This document shows positions 24,845-32,940 of a stretch of 42,941 nt of DNA, piece by piece; the first letter of the stretch is position 1; each line of letters starts with the position of its first letter. The notes beneath the pieces were generated by a model. It worked only from the letters and a program-made list of their open reading frames with translations. It was not told the origin of the DNA and searched no databases. The position numbers were made by a program, and so were the translations under genes. The stretch is from a virus. Taxonomy: Duplodnaviria > Caudoviricetes. The stretch spans positions 1-42,941 of IMG/VR virus record IMGVR_UViG_3300029825_000016; one strand, written 5' to 3'.

Positions 24845-25010
24845 CTTTGATCACTCCTTTCTGTGCCACGTTCGCCCCGACATACAGCCCCAGCGCGATA
24901 TTGACCGCCGCGATCCACTCCCCGCCGCCCAGCTTGCCCAGAAATAGCGCCACGCTTGCGATTACGATGACCACTACCGCCGCGATGAATTTGCGACTTG
25001 TGTATTTCAA
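24825..25010 (-). CDS. Holin-like two-TM protein
   Basis: SRKF start, two TM helices, LYVGANVAQK end. Confidence 0.7.
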   Translation of the reverse strand: MKYTSRKFIAAVVVIVIASVALFLGKLGGGEWIAAVNIALGLYVGANVAQKGVIKDVPPES

Positions 25011-25786
25011 GTCACTCCCTCCTTCCTAATCAACTCTAGCGGAATGCTTGCCGTCTGCAGCGTTTCCGTAAGCCTGCCCCTTGCCACTGCAGCATAATAC
25101 TCATCTTTTTCAATCCCGATCACCCGAAAACCCTCTAACACTCCCGCCGCTAGTGTCGAGCCGCTGCCGGCAAATGGATCGACAATCACCCCGCCCGCCT
25201 CGCAGATGTTGACCAGTTCGCGCATCAGCGTCAGCGGTTTCTCGGTTTGATGCAGGCGTTTGGGTGCGGCTGTCATGCTGTACGAAAACAGCCCTGGCAG
25301 GAAGGGCGCGTTGCGTTTTATATCCAATGGGCCATTGCTGCCCCAGACAACGAATTCACACTGTTGCCTAAACCTGCCCGGTTGCGGACGCGAGGCCTTT
25401 TTATCCCAAACGGCTATGCCACGCCAAATCCAGCCCGCCCATTGCAATGCATCACACAGTGCACATAGTTGCCGCCAATCAGAAAATATGGCAACAACCC
25501 CGCCTTTTTTTGTGATCGCCCGCCCTAATGTTAACCAATGCGCCGTCCACGCCATCCACGAATGCTGATCGCGGGTGTCTCCCTCGAAATCGTGCTTCGT
25601 ATATTCTGCCTTGCTATCATTATTCAAATATTTGATTCCCGTACTTTGCGTCCGGTCGCCACGAAACAGCCCGCCGCTACTATAGGGCGGATCCGTGATA
25701 ATAGCGTCGACGCTGTCCGGCGCTATTTCGCTAAGCGCCTGTAGCGCGTCGCCGTGAATAACAGTGTTGATAATGTTTTTATTCAT
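25007..25786 (-). CDS. DNA adenine methyltransferase, beta class (start trimmed to MNKNII)
   Basis: TDPPYSSGG, WDK, HQTEKP, DPFAGSGST; RBS AGGAGG. Confidence 0.92.
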   Translation of the reverse strand: MNKNIINTVIHGDALQALSEIAPDSVDAIITDPPYSSGGLFRGDRTQSTGIKYLNNDSKAEYTKHDFEGDTRDQHSWMAWTAHWLTLGRAITKKGGVVAIFSDWRQLCALCDALQWAGWIWRGIAVWDKKASRPQPGRFRQQCEFVVWGSNGPLDIKRNAPFLPGLFSYSMTAAPKRLHQTEKPLTLMRELVNICEAGGVIVDPFAGSGSTLAAGVLEGFRVIGIEKDEYYAAVARGRLTETLQTASIPLELIRKEGVT

Positions 25787-25802
25787 TTTGTTGCTTTGCC
25801 TC

Positions 25803-26231
25803 CTACAGCCTTTTGGCAATACTTTCTCTCAGCGCAACAAGCGGGAACAGCTCGCCCGGACAGGTTTTTACCGCGTACTTACTATGCGGCTCGATTTTTT
25901 CTACCGGGATGCCGTGTCGCTTGCAGATGTTGCAGCAGAGCAGATCCAATAAAAAAAGAGCCTGCTTGTCCGGCTGCTCCTTGTCGAAATTGCCCACTAC
26001 GCAGATTCCGATTGACTCATCGTTCTTTCCTTTGGTGTGCGCTCCAACCTCGTTTTCTGCCCTGCCCGTCAGGATTGCCCACTTGCCATTGATGCGCTCG
26101 ATGCCGTAATGATAGCCAATATCCCGATAACCCAAGGTGTTTCGATGGTAGTTTTCGATGGCTTTCCAGTCGTGGACTTCGCCGTCTGCGGTTGCAGAAT
26201 GATGGATTATGATGCGTTTGGGTTTGTTCAT
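25803..26231 (-). CDS. Endolysin, N-acetylmuramoyl-L-alanine amidase (T7 lysozyme-like, catalytic domain only)
   Basis: IIIHHSA, DIGYHY, GAHTKG.N..SIGIC..GNF, H...KTCPG. Confidence 0.93.
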   Translation of the reverse strand: MNKPKRIIIHHSATADGEVHDWKAIENYHRNTLGYRDIGYHYGIERINGKWAILTGRAENEVGAHTKGKNDESIGICVVGNFDKEQPDKQALFLLDLLCCNICKRHGIPVEKIEPHSKYAVKTCPGELFPLVALRESIAKRL

Positions 26232-26240
26232 TTCCTCACC

Positions 26241-26603
26241 TCACGTTAACAACTTAATGATCTCTGCGCCGCCTAAGATGGCAAAGGCGATGCCAAGGAT
26301 TTTGATCAACTCCGCGACAATCGGCTGCCATGTTGCGGTCTGTTTCTTTTCTTCGGGTGGCGTGTTTTTGTTTATTTGGCTGATGTCGCGGTTTATCAGA
26401 TCGATCTTTGCATCAATTTTTGTCAGCGTGTCCATGATGTGCTTAATGCAGATTTGCAGCTCTGCGGCGTTTACCTCCAAGGTTCTTGTCCGATTTTCAA
26501 TGCCGTCGAGTTCTTTTTTTAGTTCTTCGATTCTCACGCTGAGATTGCTAAACTTTTCTGCCTGTGTGCATATACACTGTTGCGATTCGTTCAACCTGAC
26601 CAC
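26241..26603 (-). CDS. Coiled-coil protein with C-terminal TM (XhlA/holin-like)
   Basis: Coiled coil then hydrophobic C-terminus; precedes endolysin. Confidence 0.65.
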   Translation of the reverse strand: MVRLNESQQCICTQAEKFSNLSVRIEELKKELDGIENRTRTLEVNAAELQICIKHIMDTLTKIDAKIDLINRDISQINKNTPPEEKKQTATWQPIVAELIKILGIAFAILGGAEIIKLLT

Positions 26604-26616
26604 CCCCTAAATAAAA

Positions 26617-26675
26617 TAACACCCCGATGGGTGTTAAAGATGGGCATAAGAAAACACCCTCGTTTGAGGGTGTTT
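26617..26675. terminator. Two tandem hairpins downstream of the lipoprotein gene
   Basis: TAACACCC/GGGTGTTA (26617-26636) and AAACACCCTC/GAGGGTGTTT (26652-26675). Confidence 0.7.
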
Positions 26676-26694
26676 AGTGAGCGCAATTTACCGG

Positions 26695-27063
26695 CTAAAG
26701 GCGTTCTAATCGGAAAATAAGCGACAAGGTGTCATTGATTTCTTCTACATCTATTGTTTGTGGTTGGTATCCTTCGGATTCAGCAATAAACCTGAGCATT
26801 TCGGCATCGTTGAATGTATGAATGTTTAGCCTAAATCTGCCCTCTGCGTCTGTAGATGTAAAACAAGGGCATAATCCTCTGTCAGTGTATATGTATATCT
26901 TGATTTCAGCAGGTATGCCGCCTGATGTGTCGCGATCAATCACTTCTCCCAAAACCGCAACCGATATTTCCTTAGGCGTAGTTTTGGAGATACCGCAACC
27001 GCACAATGCCGCAAGCGCAATTATAACCATTAAGAAGGTAATCGCCTTTTTCATTTTTATCAC
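26695..27063 (-). CDS. Lipoprotein moron (beta-sandwich-like)
   Basis: MKK..hydrophobic..LCGC lipobox; AT-richer than flanks; own terminators. Confidence 0.8.
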   Translation of the reverse strand: MIKMKKAITFLMVIIALAALCGCGISKTTPKEISVAVLGEVIDRDTSGGIPAEIKIYIYTDRGLCPCFTSTDAEGRFRLNIHTFNDAEMLRFIAESEGYQPQTIDVEEINDTLSLIFRLERL

Positions 27064-27103
27064 CCTCTTTTATTTTAACATACTATTAAATTAATTTAAA
27101 GGG

Positions 27104-27526
27104 TTAGGATATGTAAGCTGCTTTTATATAAATCGTAACTGCGGAACTGCTCTGATTGGTTATTAGAATCGTATCTTTTGCCCCGGTTTTACCTTGTCTT
27201 AAATGCCAGGTCACAAAACCCGGCAATTCTGCGGCGGTTTCAGCAACCGTCTCTGTCGGTGAATAGATGGATATAAGATAAAAGCAATGCCCTGATGAGG
27301 ATTGAAGTGGTTGCGATACCGTATTCCCTACCGCCACCACTATAGATGTGGGAATGCTCTCGATAAAAGTTATCTTGGGTATTCCCCCCGCTTGTATGGC
27401 GTCGACTTCTACTGCTAACCCATCCACCCCCTCCTTTAACTCCTTCACATCCCCCTCAATCCGGTTAAAATCCCCTGGCAAAGGCACATCCTTGCTCGTC
27501 CAGTTCGTCTTAGGATCAATCCACAT
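27104..27526 (-). CDS. Tail fibre/baseplate-associated protein (start MWIDPKTNW)
   Basis: W..PKTNW...DFNRIEG N-terminus typical of tail-tip proteins. Confidence 0.75.
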   Translation of the reverse strand: MWIDPKTNWTSKDVPLPGDFNRIEGDVKELKEGVDGLAVEVDAIQAGGIPKITFIESIPTSIVVAVGNTVSQPLQSSSGHCFYLISIYSPTETVAETAAELPGFVTWHLRQGKTGAKDTILITNQSSSAVTIYIKAAYIS

Positions 27527-28764
27527 CAAGTAGCCCTCCCGTCTAAAGTCGCCTGTAATGCGCCGTCCCAAGTGAATTCATTGCGCACCACATGAAAATC
27601 TCTCGTTGCCCCGTTGTAATCCGGTACCGTGATGCGATGCCCGAGCAAAAGCGCAGGGTTCCCGCGCCAATTCAGTGACAGGTCGCGCCTTGGGTTGCCG
27701 CAGATTGCCACGATCAGATCCGCGATTCTCTGCGCTGTTTCCGGCGTTTGGATCAGCGGATTGTCGGGGAAAATGTACCGCCGTTCGCCGTTCTCGCGGA
27801 TTGAACGGCTGTCTGATGCAACCATCTTCTGCCTGCCCGATGACCGCAAAGGTTTGCCCATGACCACAAGCTCTATTTCGCCCGCTTCGGGACTGCTGAC
27901 CTGTATGTCTGCGCCCCATGCGTAATATTTGGCGCTCGCAATTGTTGCGCCTGTTGGGGCAGATGCAAGTGACGCAACCGCTTCGATGACAGGCTTCTCG
28001 TTGTAGAGAGCGGTATAAGTCCGCACGCCTGCCGGAATTTCTTCGGTTGCCCTGTAAACCTCTTCCGCCGCCTGTGCCGGACGCAAGGGATTAGCAAACA
28101 CTTCCACGTAGTTTGCGACTGCGCCGGAATTGGTGGGGTTGTTTTTGTCGTAATAATCCGTTTTGGTCAGGTACAGCGCGATTTGCTCCTGCTCCCTGCT
28201 GAGATAGGTCGCGCCCTCAACTCTGATAATGCCGTTCCGGTCAGTGTAAACCTGCGCCAAACCCGCTTCAGCGATTGTTCGCAGTGCTTCGCGGTGAGTT
28301 TGTTTTTCGAGCCACGCATAAGGCAACATAAAAGATTCAAGCTCCGGATCTACCCAATACTCTTCGGGCTTCAGCCCCGCATCCTGCAATACCATAACTG
28401 CAAGCGCGGCAAGAGTGACTGACTGCCGAATGATGGTTGTCATACCGCCCACGTTTGGCACCACATTGACCGGATCGGTCGTGCTGAGTGTCAGGCGGAC
28501 GCTGATGTTTTCGTTTCCGGCATCGAGCCGAGTGACGTTGACCGTGACGAATTCGCCGTTTTTGAGTGTCACCCATTCGCCTGCGGATACGCTCGCCGCT
28601 TCTGCCACCACTGCAGTATTTGGCGGGATGCTCGCCGTCCATGCCCCTCTAACCGCAACCGCCATGCCCGGCTGATAGGCTATCGCGATGGGGATTATGC
28701 GCGTGCCAATGACAGCAGGGCGGGAGTATGCACCCCCGCCATATGGTGCATTGCCGTAAATCAA
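27526..28764 (-). CDS. Tail tip/hub protein, C-terminal part
   Basis: LA..VLQDAGL, HREALRTIAEA...YTDRNG, DNPLIQT, WRGNPAL.LG. Confidence 0.75.
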   Translation of the reverse strand: MIYGNAPYGGGAYSRPAVIGTRIIPIAIAYQPGMAVAVRGAWTASIPPNTAVVAEAASVSAGEWVTLKNGEFVTVNVTRLDAGNENISVRLTLSTTDPVNVVPNVGGMTTIIRQSVTLAALAVMVLQDAGLKPEEYWVDPELESFMLPYAWLEKQTHREALRTIAEAGLAQVYTDRNGIIRVEGATYLSREQEQIALYLTKTDYYDKNNPTNSGAVANYVEVFANPLRPAQAAEEVYRATEEIPAGVRTYTALYNEKPVIEAVASLASAPTGATIASAKYYAWGADIQVSSPEAGEIELVVMGKPLRSSGRQKMVASDSRSIRENGERRYIFPDNPLIQTPETAQRIADLIVAICGNPRRDLSLNWRGNPALLLGHRITVPDYNGATRDFHVVRNEFTWDGALQATLDGRAT

Positions 28765-28769
28765 TCAGA

Positions 28770-29810
28770 TCACCGCCATTTGCCGATGGCTACAAAATCG
28801 ATATGCCGTGTAGCCGATGACGATGTGATCGCACGTGCCAAAAATATGCCGTTATGTCCCGTGGCGGTTGGCTTGTTATAGCTCAGCAAGAATAACGGCA
28901 TAGCATCCGTGACGGGTGTGTAATTCGCTTGCGGGCTCTCACCAGTTCTAAAAGCAGCAGGCCACACCGGACTAATCACGGGCGATATGTATATGCTGCC
29001 CGTTGCTTGATCAATGGCACAGGTCACACTATACCGTCCCCGCGCGGTCTGCACGTTGCCAACGCGTTCCCACGCGCCGAGCGAGTCCTCGCCAGTTTCC
29101 TCTCCGTCCTCGCCACAGTTGATGATGTACCAACTGGATGACGACACCCTGTAAATTGCACCGATGATGCGCTCTGAGGCGTTGTAATAATACCCGCCTT
29201 TGTCGTGGATGTACCCCGACCATTGGAAATATGAGTCGGTCGGGCGCTCGTTGGCGTTGCCTGTAGCGTTGCGGATATTGACTGCGCCTGTGTTGTTGAC
29301 CGTGACATATTTCCACCCGGCGAGAGCGGATTCGCCCGCCAGCAGGGTTTCCGTGTCGGTCTGGAGGTAATGATCGCGCCCGTTGTTGACGTGCAAGAAT
29401 CCGGGCGTGATGCGCAGATCATCAGAGCCGGCGAGATAAATTTCCATGCCCACCTTTGCCCCTGTCAAGCATTTGATGGCGTTGATGTCGTCAGTGGCAG
29501 CGTAGTCTGCGACGGCTTTGTATGTGAAATACAATGTGCCGCTTTGATAGGTGGCATTAACGATCTGGATAGCGGTGTAAACGGTCTGCCCAGCTTTAGC
29601 GGTCAGGTCTGCATCCTCGTTGAGTAGCACATAATCCGTTGTTTCGGTCAGCTTCGTGCCGGCCTTGCCTGCCCCGGTGTAAATCTCCATTTCGCTGTTG
29701 CCGAAAAACGCATCATGCCCGAGCAGGAGGACACCTGCCCCAACGTCGCTCCATAGTTCGTCGGTGACTGCCTGCCCTGCTAACGTAAGATTGATTTTAG
29801 GTATAAACAT
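28770..29810 (-). CDS. Tail fibre / receptor-binding-like protein
   Basis: C-terminal W...G...Q.G...WPAAF...FVAIGKWR pattern of fibre tips; tail context. Confidence 0.65.
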   Translation of the reverse strand: MFIPKINLTLAGQAVTDELWSDVGAGVLLLGHDAFFGNSEMEIYTGAGKAGTKLTETTDYVLLNEDADLTAKAGQTVYTAIQIVNATYQSGTLYFTYKAVADYAATDDINAIKCLTGAKVGMEIYLAGSDDLRITPGFLHVNNGRDHYLQTDTETLLAGESALAGWKYVTVNNTGAVNIRNATGNANERPTDSYFQWSGYIHDKGGYYYNASERIIGAIYRVSSSSWYIINCGEDGEETGEDSLGAWERVGNVQTARGRYSVTCAIDQATGSIYISPVISPVWPAAFRTGESPQANYTPVTDAMPLFLLSYNKPTATGHNGIFLARAITSSSATRHIDFVAIGKWR

Positions 29811-31280
29811 TTATGACACCCCCGATATATTGAGGATTAAAGCATAACTAACGGCTTTGGTATGCACATGTACGCCCTCCGCCCAATCGCTTTCGCGGGC
29901 ATCGAGCCGAGCCACGTGCGGCGGCGCGGTTGTTACTACTGACGTGCTGTACTCTGTTGTCCGCAGCATATCAAGCCTGTCGCGCCCCGATGTTTCGGCG
30001 TAGACATCCGCTTCTGGCGTGCGCCAATCGCCGCTCCAAAACACGCCGAGCGGAATCCACTCAATTATGCCATCTGGCAATTCCGCGCCCAAATACGGTC
30101 GGATGCGTCTGCCGGGTTTGACCAGTCCATAAAGCGGGCTGTTCATGTTCCCGGGATCAAAACGCCCCTCGATATTGTTCAGTTGCACGTCGATTTCCGC
30201 TGCGCTGATAGTGCCGAAAGGCAGGGAGTTATTGTCCACTTCTCTTTCTTCGAGCAGGTGGATCTGGAACAGGTCGCGCCCCTCATAGGTTTCTTGCACT
30301 GAGGTAAAAAACTCAATGACTTTGGCGCATCGCCCGGCGTGTGACCATCTGAGGATTTCGACGCTGATCAATGCCGCATTTGGCAGGGGTTCGTCCTCCA
30401 ATGATTTGCGCCATTTGATCGTACGGTTGTCCGTCACCTGCTCGATGTAAATCTGCGTGCCTGTGGTGTCGAACACGCGCAGAATAAAGTCTGTTGGGTA
30501 CTCGCCCCTTTTGCTGTCGCCAATGACTTTGAGGTTGCGGACAGGTCTGCCGCTGAACGACATAAACAGCATGGGCTTATGCGTCGGTGCTTCGTAGCAT
30601 AGCCCCTGCCCGTAAACAGGTTTGCCATCGCCATAGACGCGCCCCGCGCGCGCGTGAAACATGCCTGTGCGGTCGCTCTGCTGCCCACCCCACCAACCCA
30701 TCTCATTGAGGATCGCATCCTCTGCTGTTACAGGCGGGAATAGCCATGTGCCGTCAAGTTCCCAAGTGCCATCAAGCGAGAGCCATTTTTCTGTCGGATC
30801 TTCGCGGTTGTTGTGGGTCTGCTCCACATGATGGACTTGCGCGTATTCGTTGGCAAAGGCGAACACCGACTGATCCAAAAACGGATCGGTGTAGTCGATA
30901 ATGACGCGCCCCAAAATGTGCCTGTTGCGCAGTTTTTCGAGCGCATTGAGTACAGGCGCAGTCACGCCAATCGACAGCGGAAAATAGTTTAGTTCGGCGT
31001 ATTCGAGCAGCGGCGATGTGCCGTCATCCTGCCGCGCAAAACTCCATTCAATCTGCACGATCTGCCCCTTGTCGCGTGGGGTGGCATTGCTGTTGCACCA
31101 TTCGCGCCACGTTCCGTCAGCATAGCCAACCCTTGCCTTGCGGGTCAGCCCTGCCGCCGCTGCTGATTTCAGCGATGTGCAAACCGTCAGGGGTTTAGCT
31201 GTGTCAAATGTGACGGTCAGCTTGCCCTCTGAGCAATACCCCGCTTCAAGCGTGCCGCTTAGACTGTAGGTGTAATCCAT
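29811..31280 (-). CDS. Tail tip/hub protein, N-terminal part
   Basis: LPFGTISA.E..V.L.N...RFDP.N, PYLG, WIPLGVFWS.DW, GRDRL. Confidence 0.75.
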   Translation of the reverse strand: MDYTYSLSGTLEAGYCSEGKLTVTFDTAKPLTVCTSLKSAAAAGLTRKARVGYADGTWREWCNSNATPRDKGQIVQIEWSFARQDDGTSPLLEYAELNYFPLSIGVTAPVLNALEKLRNRHILGRVIIDYTDPFLDQSVFAFANEYAQVHHVEQTHNNREDPTEKWLSLDGTWELDGTWLFPPVTAEDAILNEMGWWGGQQSDRTGMFHARAGRVYGDGKPVYGQGLCYEAPTHKPMLFMSFSGRPVRNLKVIGDSKRGEYPTDFILRVFDTTGTQIYIEQVTDNRTIKWRKSLEDEPLPNAALISVEILRWSHAGRCAKVIEFFTSVQETYEGRDLFQIHLLEEREVDNNSLPFGTISAAEIDVQLNNIEGRFDPGNMNSPLYGLVKPGRRIRPYLGAELPDGIIEWIPLGVFWSGDWRTPEADVYAETSGRDRLDMLRTTEYSTSVVTTAPPHVARLDARESDWAEGVHVHTKAVSYALILNISGVS

Positions 31281-31281
31281 C

Positions 31282-31554
31282 TCATGCAGTCACCTCCACG
31301 GTGACATCGGCGATAAACAGTTCCGCGCCAATCTCATAGCTGAATCGCACGGTAAAAATCCCCGTTTCAGCCGCTTCGAATGCCGCACTCATGATTTGCC
31401 CTTCGAGTGTCGCAGGGGTGGCGGGTTTGACTGTTTCGCCGCGCCGATTCAGGGTGATGTATTCGGGGTTTAGAATCGCACCCAAATCATCAGAGATGCG
31501 GATCTCCCTGATTTCACCGATACGCAAAGGTTCAGGGGCGAATAATTGTTTCAC
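31282..31554 (-). CDS. Small Ig-like tail protein (start GTG 31554)
   Basis: RBS GGAGGTGG; G.FTVRFSY.IG.E beta pattern. Confidence 0.65.
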   Translation of the reverse strand: MKQLFAPEPLRIGEIREIRISDDLGAILNPEYITLNRRGETVKPATPATLEGQIMSAAFEAAETGIFTVRFSYEIGAELFIADVTVEVTA

Positions 31555-31924
31555 CTGGTGCCACCTCCAACCGCACGTTATGCGCACTCATCGCAAGGTC
31601 TGCATTGCTCTCCCCGACAACCGCAGGGAGCCAATCGAGCGACATCGCGGAGATTTCAGGGGTAACGGTGCCATTCCCCGCAAGATACATGGTAATCTCA
31701 ATGTACCTGCCCCTTGGTGGTAGGCAGCCGCTATACTCCGCGCTCCAATGGATCAAGTCGTAACTACTGCGGGCAACGAATCTAAGCTGACCGTGGTTGA
31801 CGGCATCAATGTTTAGCGCACGCCATGCCGCTATTGTCACAACCGCATCAAACACGCCCTGCCATGTGCCATTAGGGGCATAATCTGCTTCAAGGGTGCC
31901 GCTCAGCGTGTAAAGCGCATCCAT
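31532..31924 (-). CDS. Minor tail protein (start MDALY); paralogous to the N-terminus of 29811-31280
   Basis: MDALYTLSGTLEADY vs MDYTYSLSGTLEAGY; PRGRYIEI vs DKGQIVQI. Confidence 0.7.
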   Translation of the reverse strand: MDALYTLSGTLEADYAPNGTWQGVFDAVVTIAAWRALNIDAVNHGQLRFVARSSYDLIHWSAEYSGCLPPRGRYIEITMYLAGNGTVTPEISAMSLDWLPAVVGESNADLAMSAHNVRLEVAPGETIIRP

Positions 31925-32568
31925 TACCCCACCACCATTCGCAGGTTGCCGACCGTCGTACCCGCCTGATACGTCCCTGTCGCACTGCTGAGTGGATACG
32001 CCCTGCCCCAACCGGAGGGTAGTTTGGGTTTAGTTTCGGGAGTGCCGTTGCCAATCTGCGCAATCGGTTGCCCATCGCAGTACAGGATGACTGCGGTTAG
32101 GGTTTGCCTGATTTTTAGTTCGCGCGTGCCGTTGGGGATTAGGCTGTCGGCAACGTTCACCCGCGTTTCCTCGTTGGCATCGTTTCTCGTTAAAAACGCA
32201 AACAGGGCGGCACTTGGCGAGTGCGTAATGGTTAATCCGGTGCCGCCATTTGCACGTGCCATTGTGATAAGCGCCGGGTATTGATTGGCCACCTGCCGCT
32301 TGCAGGCGTCGTTGACCTCAACGATAAACGATATTTCCCCACCCTGCGCCGGGGTGAATGGAACCGGAGCGGAGATGGCTTCGGCTAAATGCACTCCCGG
32401 CACCGCTTCCTCGATCCATATCCCCACGCCGCCATAGCGCATTTGACCGGCGGGGGAGAATTGGGCGGGTTCCGGGCGGGCAAGTTTTACGCCTGCGTCT
32501 GTGATTTCAAGGTTTTCGGCGATGCCCGCCTGCCAATCTGCTTTTGTCTGCCATGTTTTACGTGCCAT
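31924..32568 (-). CDS. Minor tail protein, lectin/LamG-like beta sandwich
   Basis: TKADWQAG start, GIWIEE, ILYCDGQ; tail context. Confidence 0.65.
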   Translation of the reverse strand: MARKTWQTKADWQAGIAENLEITDAGVKLARPEPAQFSPAGQMRYGGVGIWIEEAVPGVHLAEAISAPVPFTPAQGGEISFIVEVNDACKRQVANQYPALITMARANGGTGLTITHSPSAALFAFLTRNDANEETRVNVADSLIPNGTRELKIRQTLTAVILYCDGQPIAQIGNGTPETKPKLPSGWGRAYPLSSATGTYQAGTTVGNLRMVVG

Positions 32569-32940
32569 TTAAACTTCCTCCAGTTCCAACGTCACGCCTG
32601 CCCATATCCAACCGCCTAAAACAGTAACGCGGTCGCGGCGCAAGGGTTGCAATTTGACAGTGTAAGAGCGCTCCGAGCCATCGCGGTCGTACAGGATCAG
32701 GTTAAGGTCGCTGTGCAGGTTGTACAGGCTGAGGATCGCTTCGAGGTCTGCGCCCTTGAGCAATTCATAAGCAATCGAAACTTGCTTTTTGGTTGCAACC
32801 AAGTCGCTAACAAGTGTTTTGTCAGCTGTCCGGTTCTCGCGGGCAAATTCGAGGTCATTTTCTGAGACACGCCGACCGGCAGAGGTGAGCGCGATTTCTG
32901 AGCCTTTCAAGCCTAAATAAACATCGCCTGGATTCGGCAT
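32569..32940 (-). CDS. Distal tail (Dit-like) protein
   Basis: Directly after tape measure; RTAD..LV.D, W.GVTLELEEV. Confidence 0.65.
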   Translation of the reverse strand: MPNPGDVYLGLKGSEIALTSAGRRVSENDLEFARENRTADKTLVSDLVATKKQVSIAYELLKGADLEAILSLYNLHSDLNLILYDRDGSERSYTVKLQPLRRDRVTVLGGWIWAGVTLELEEV

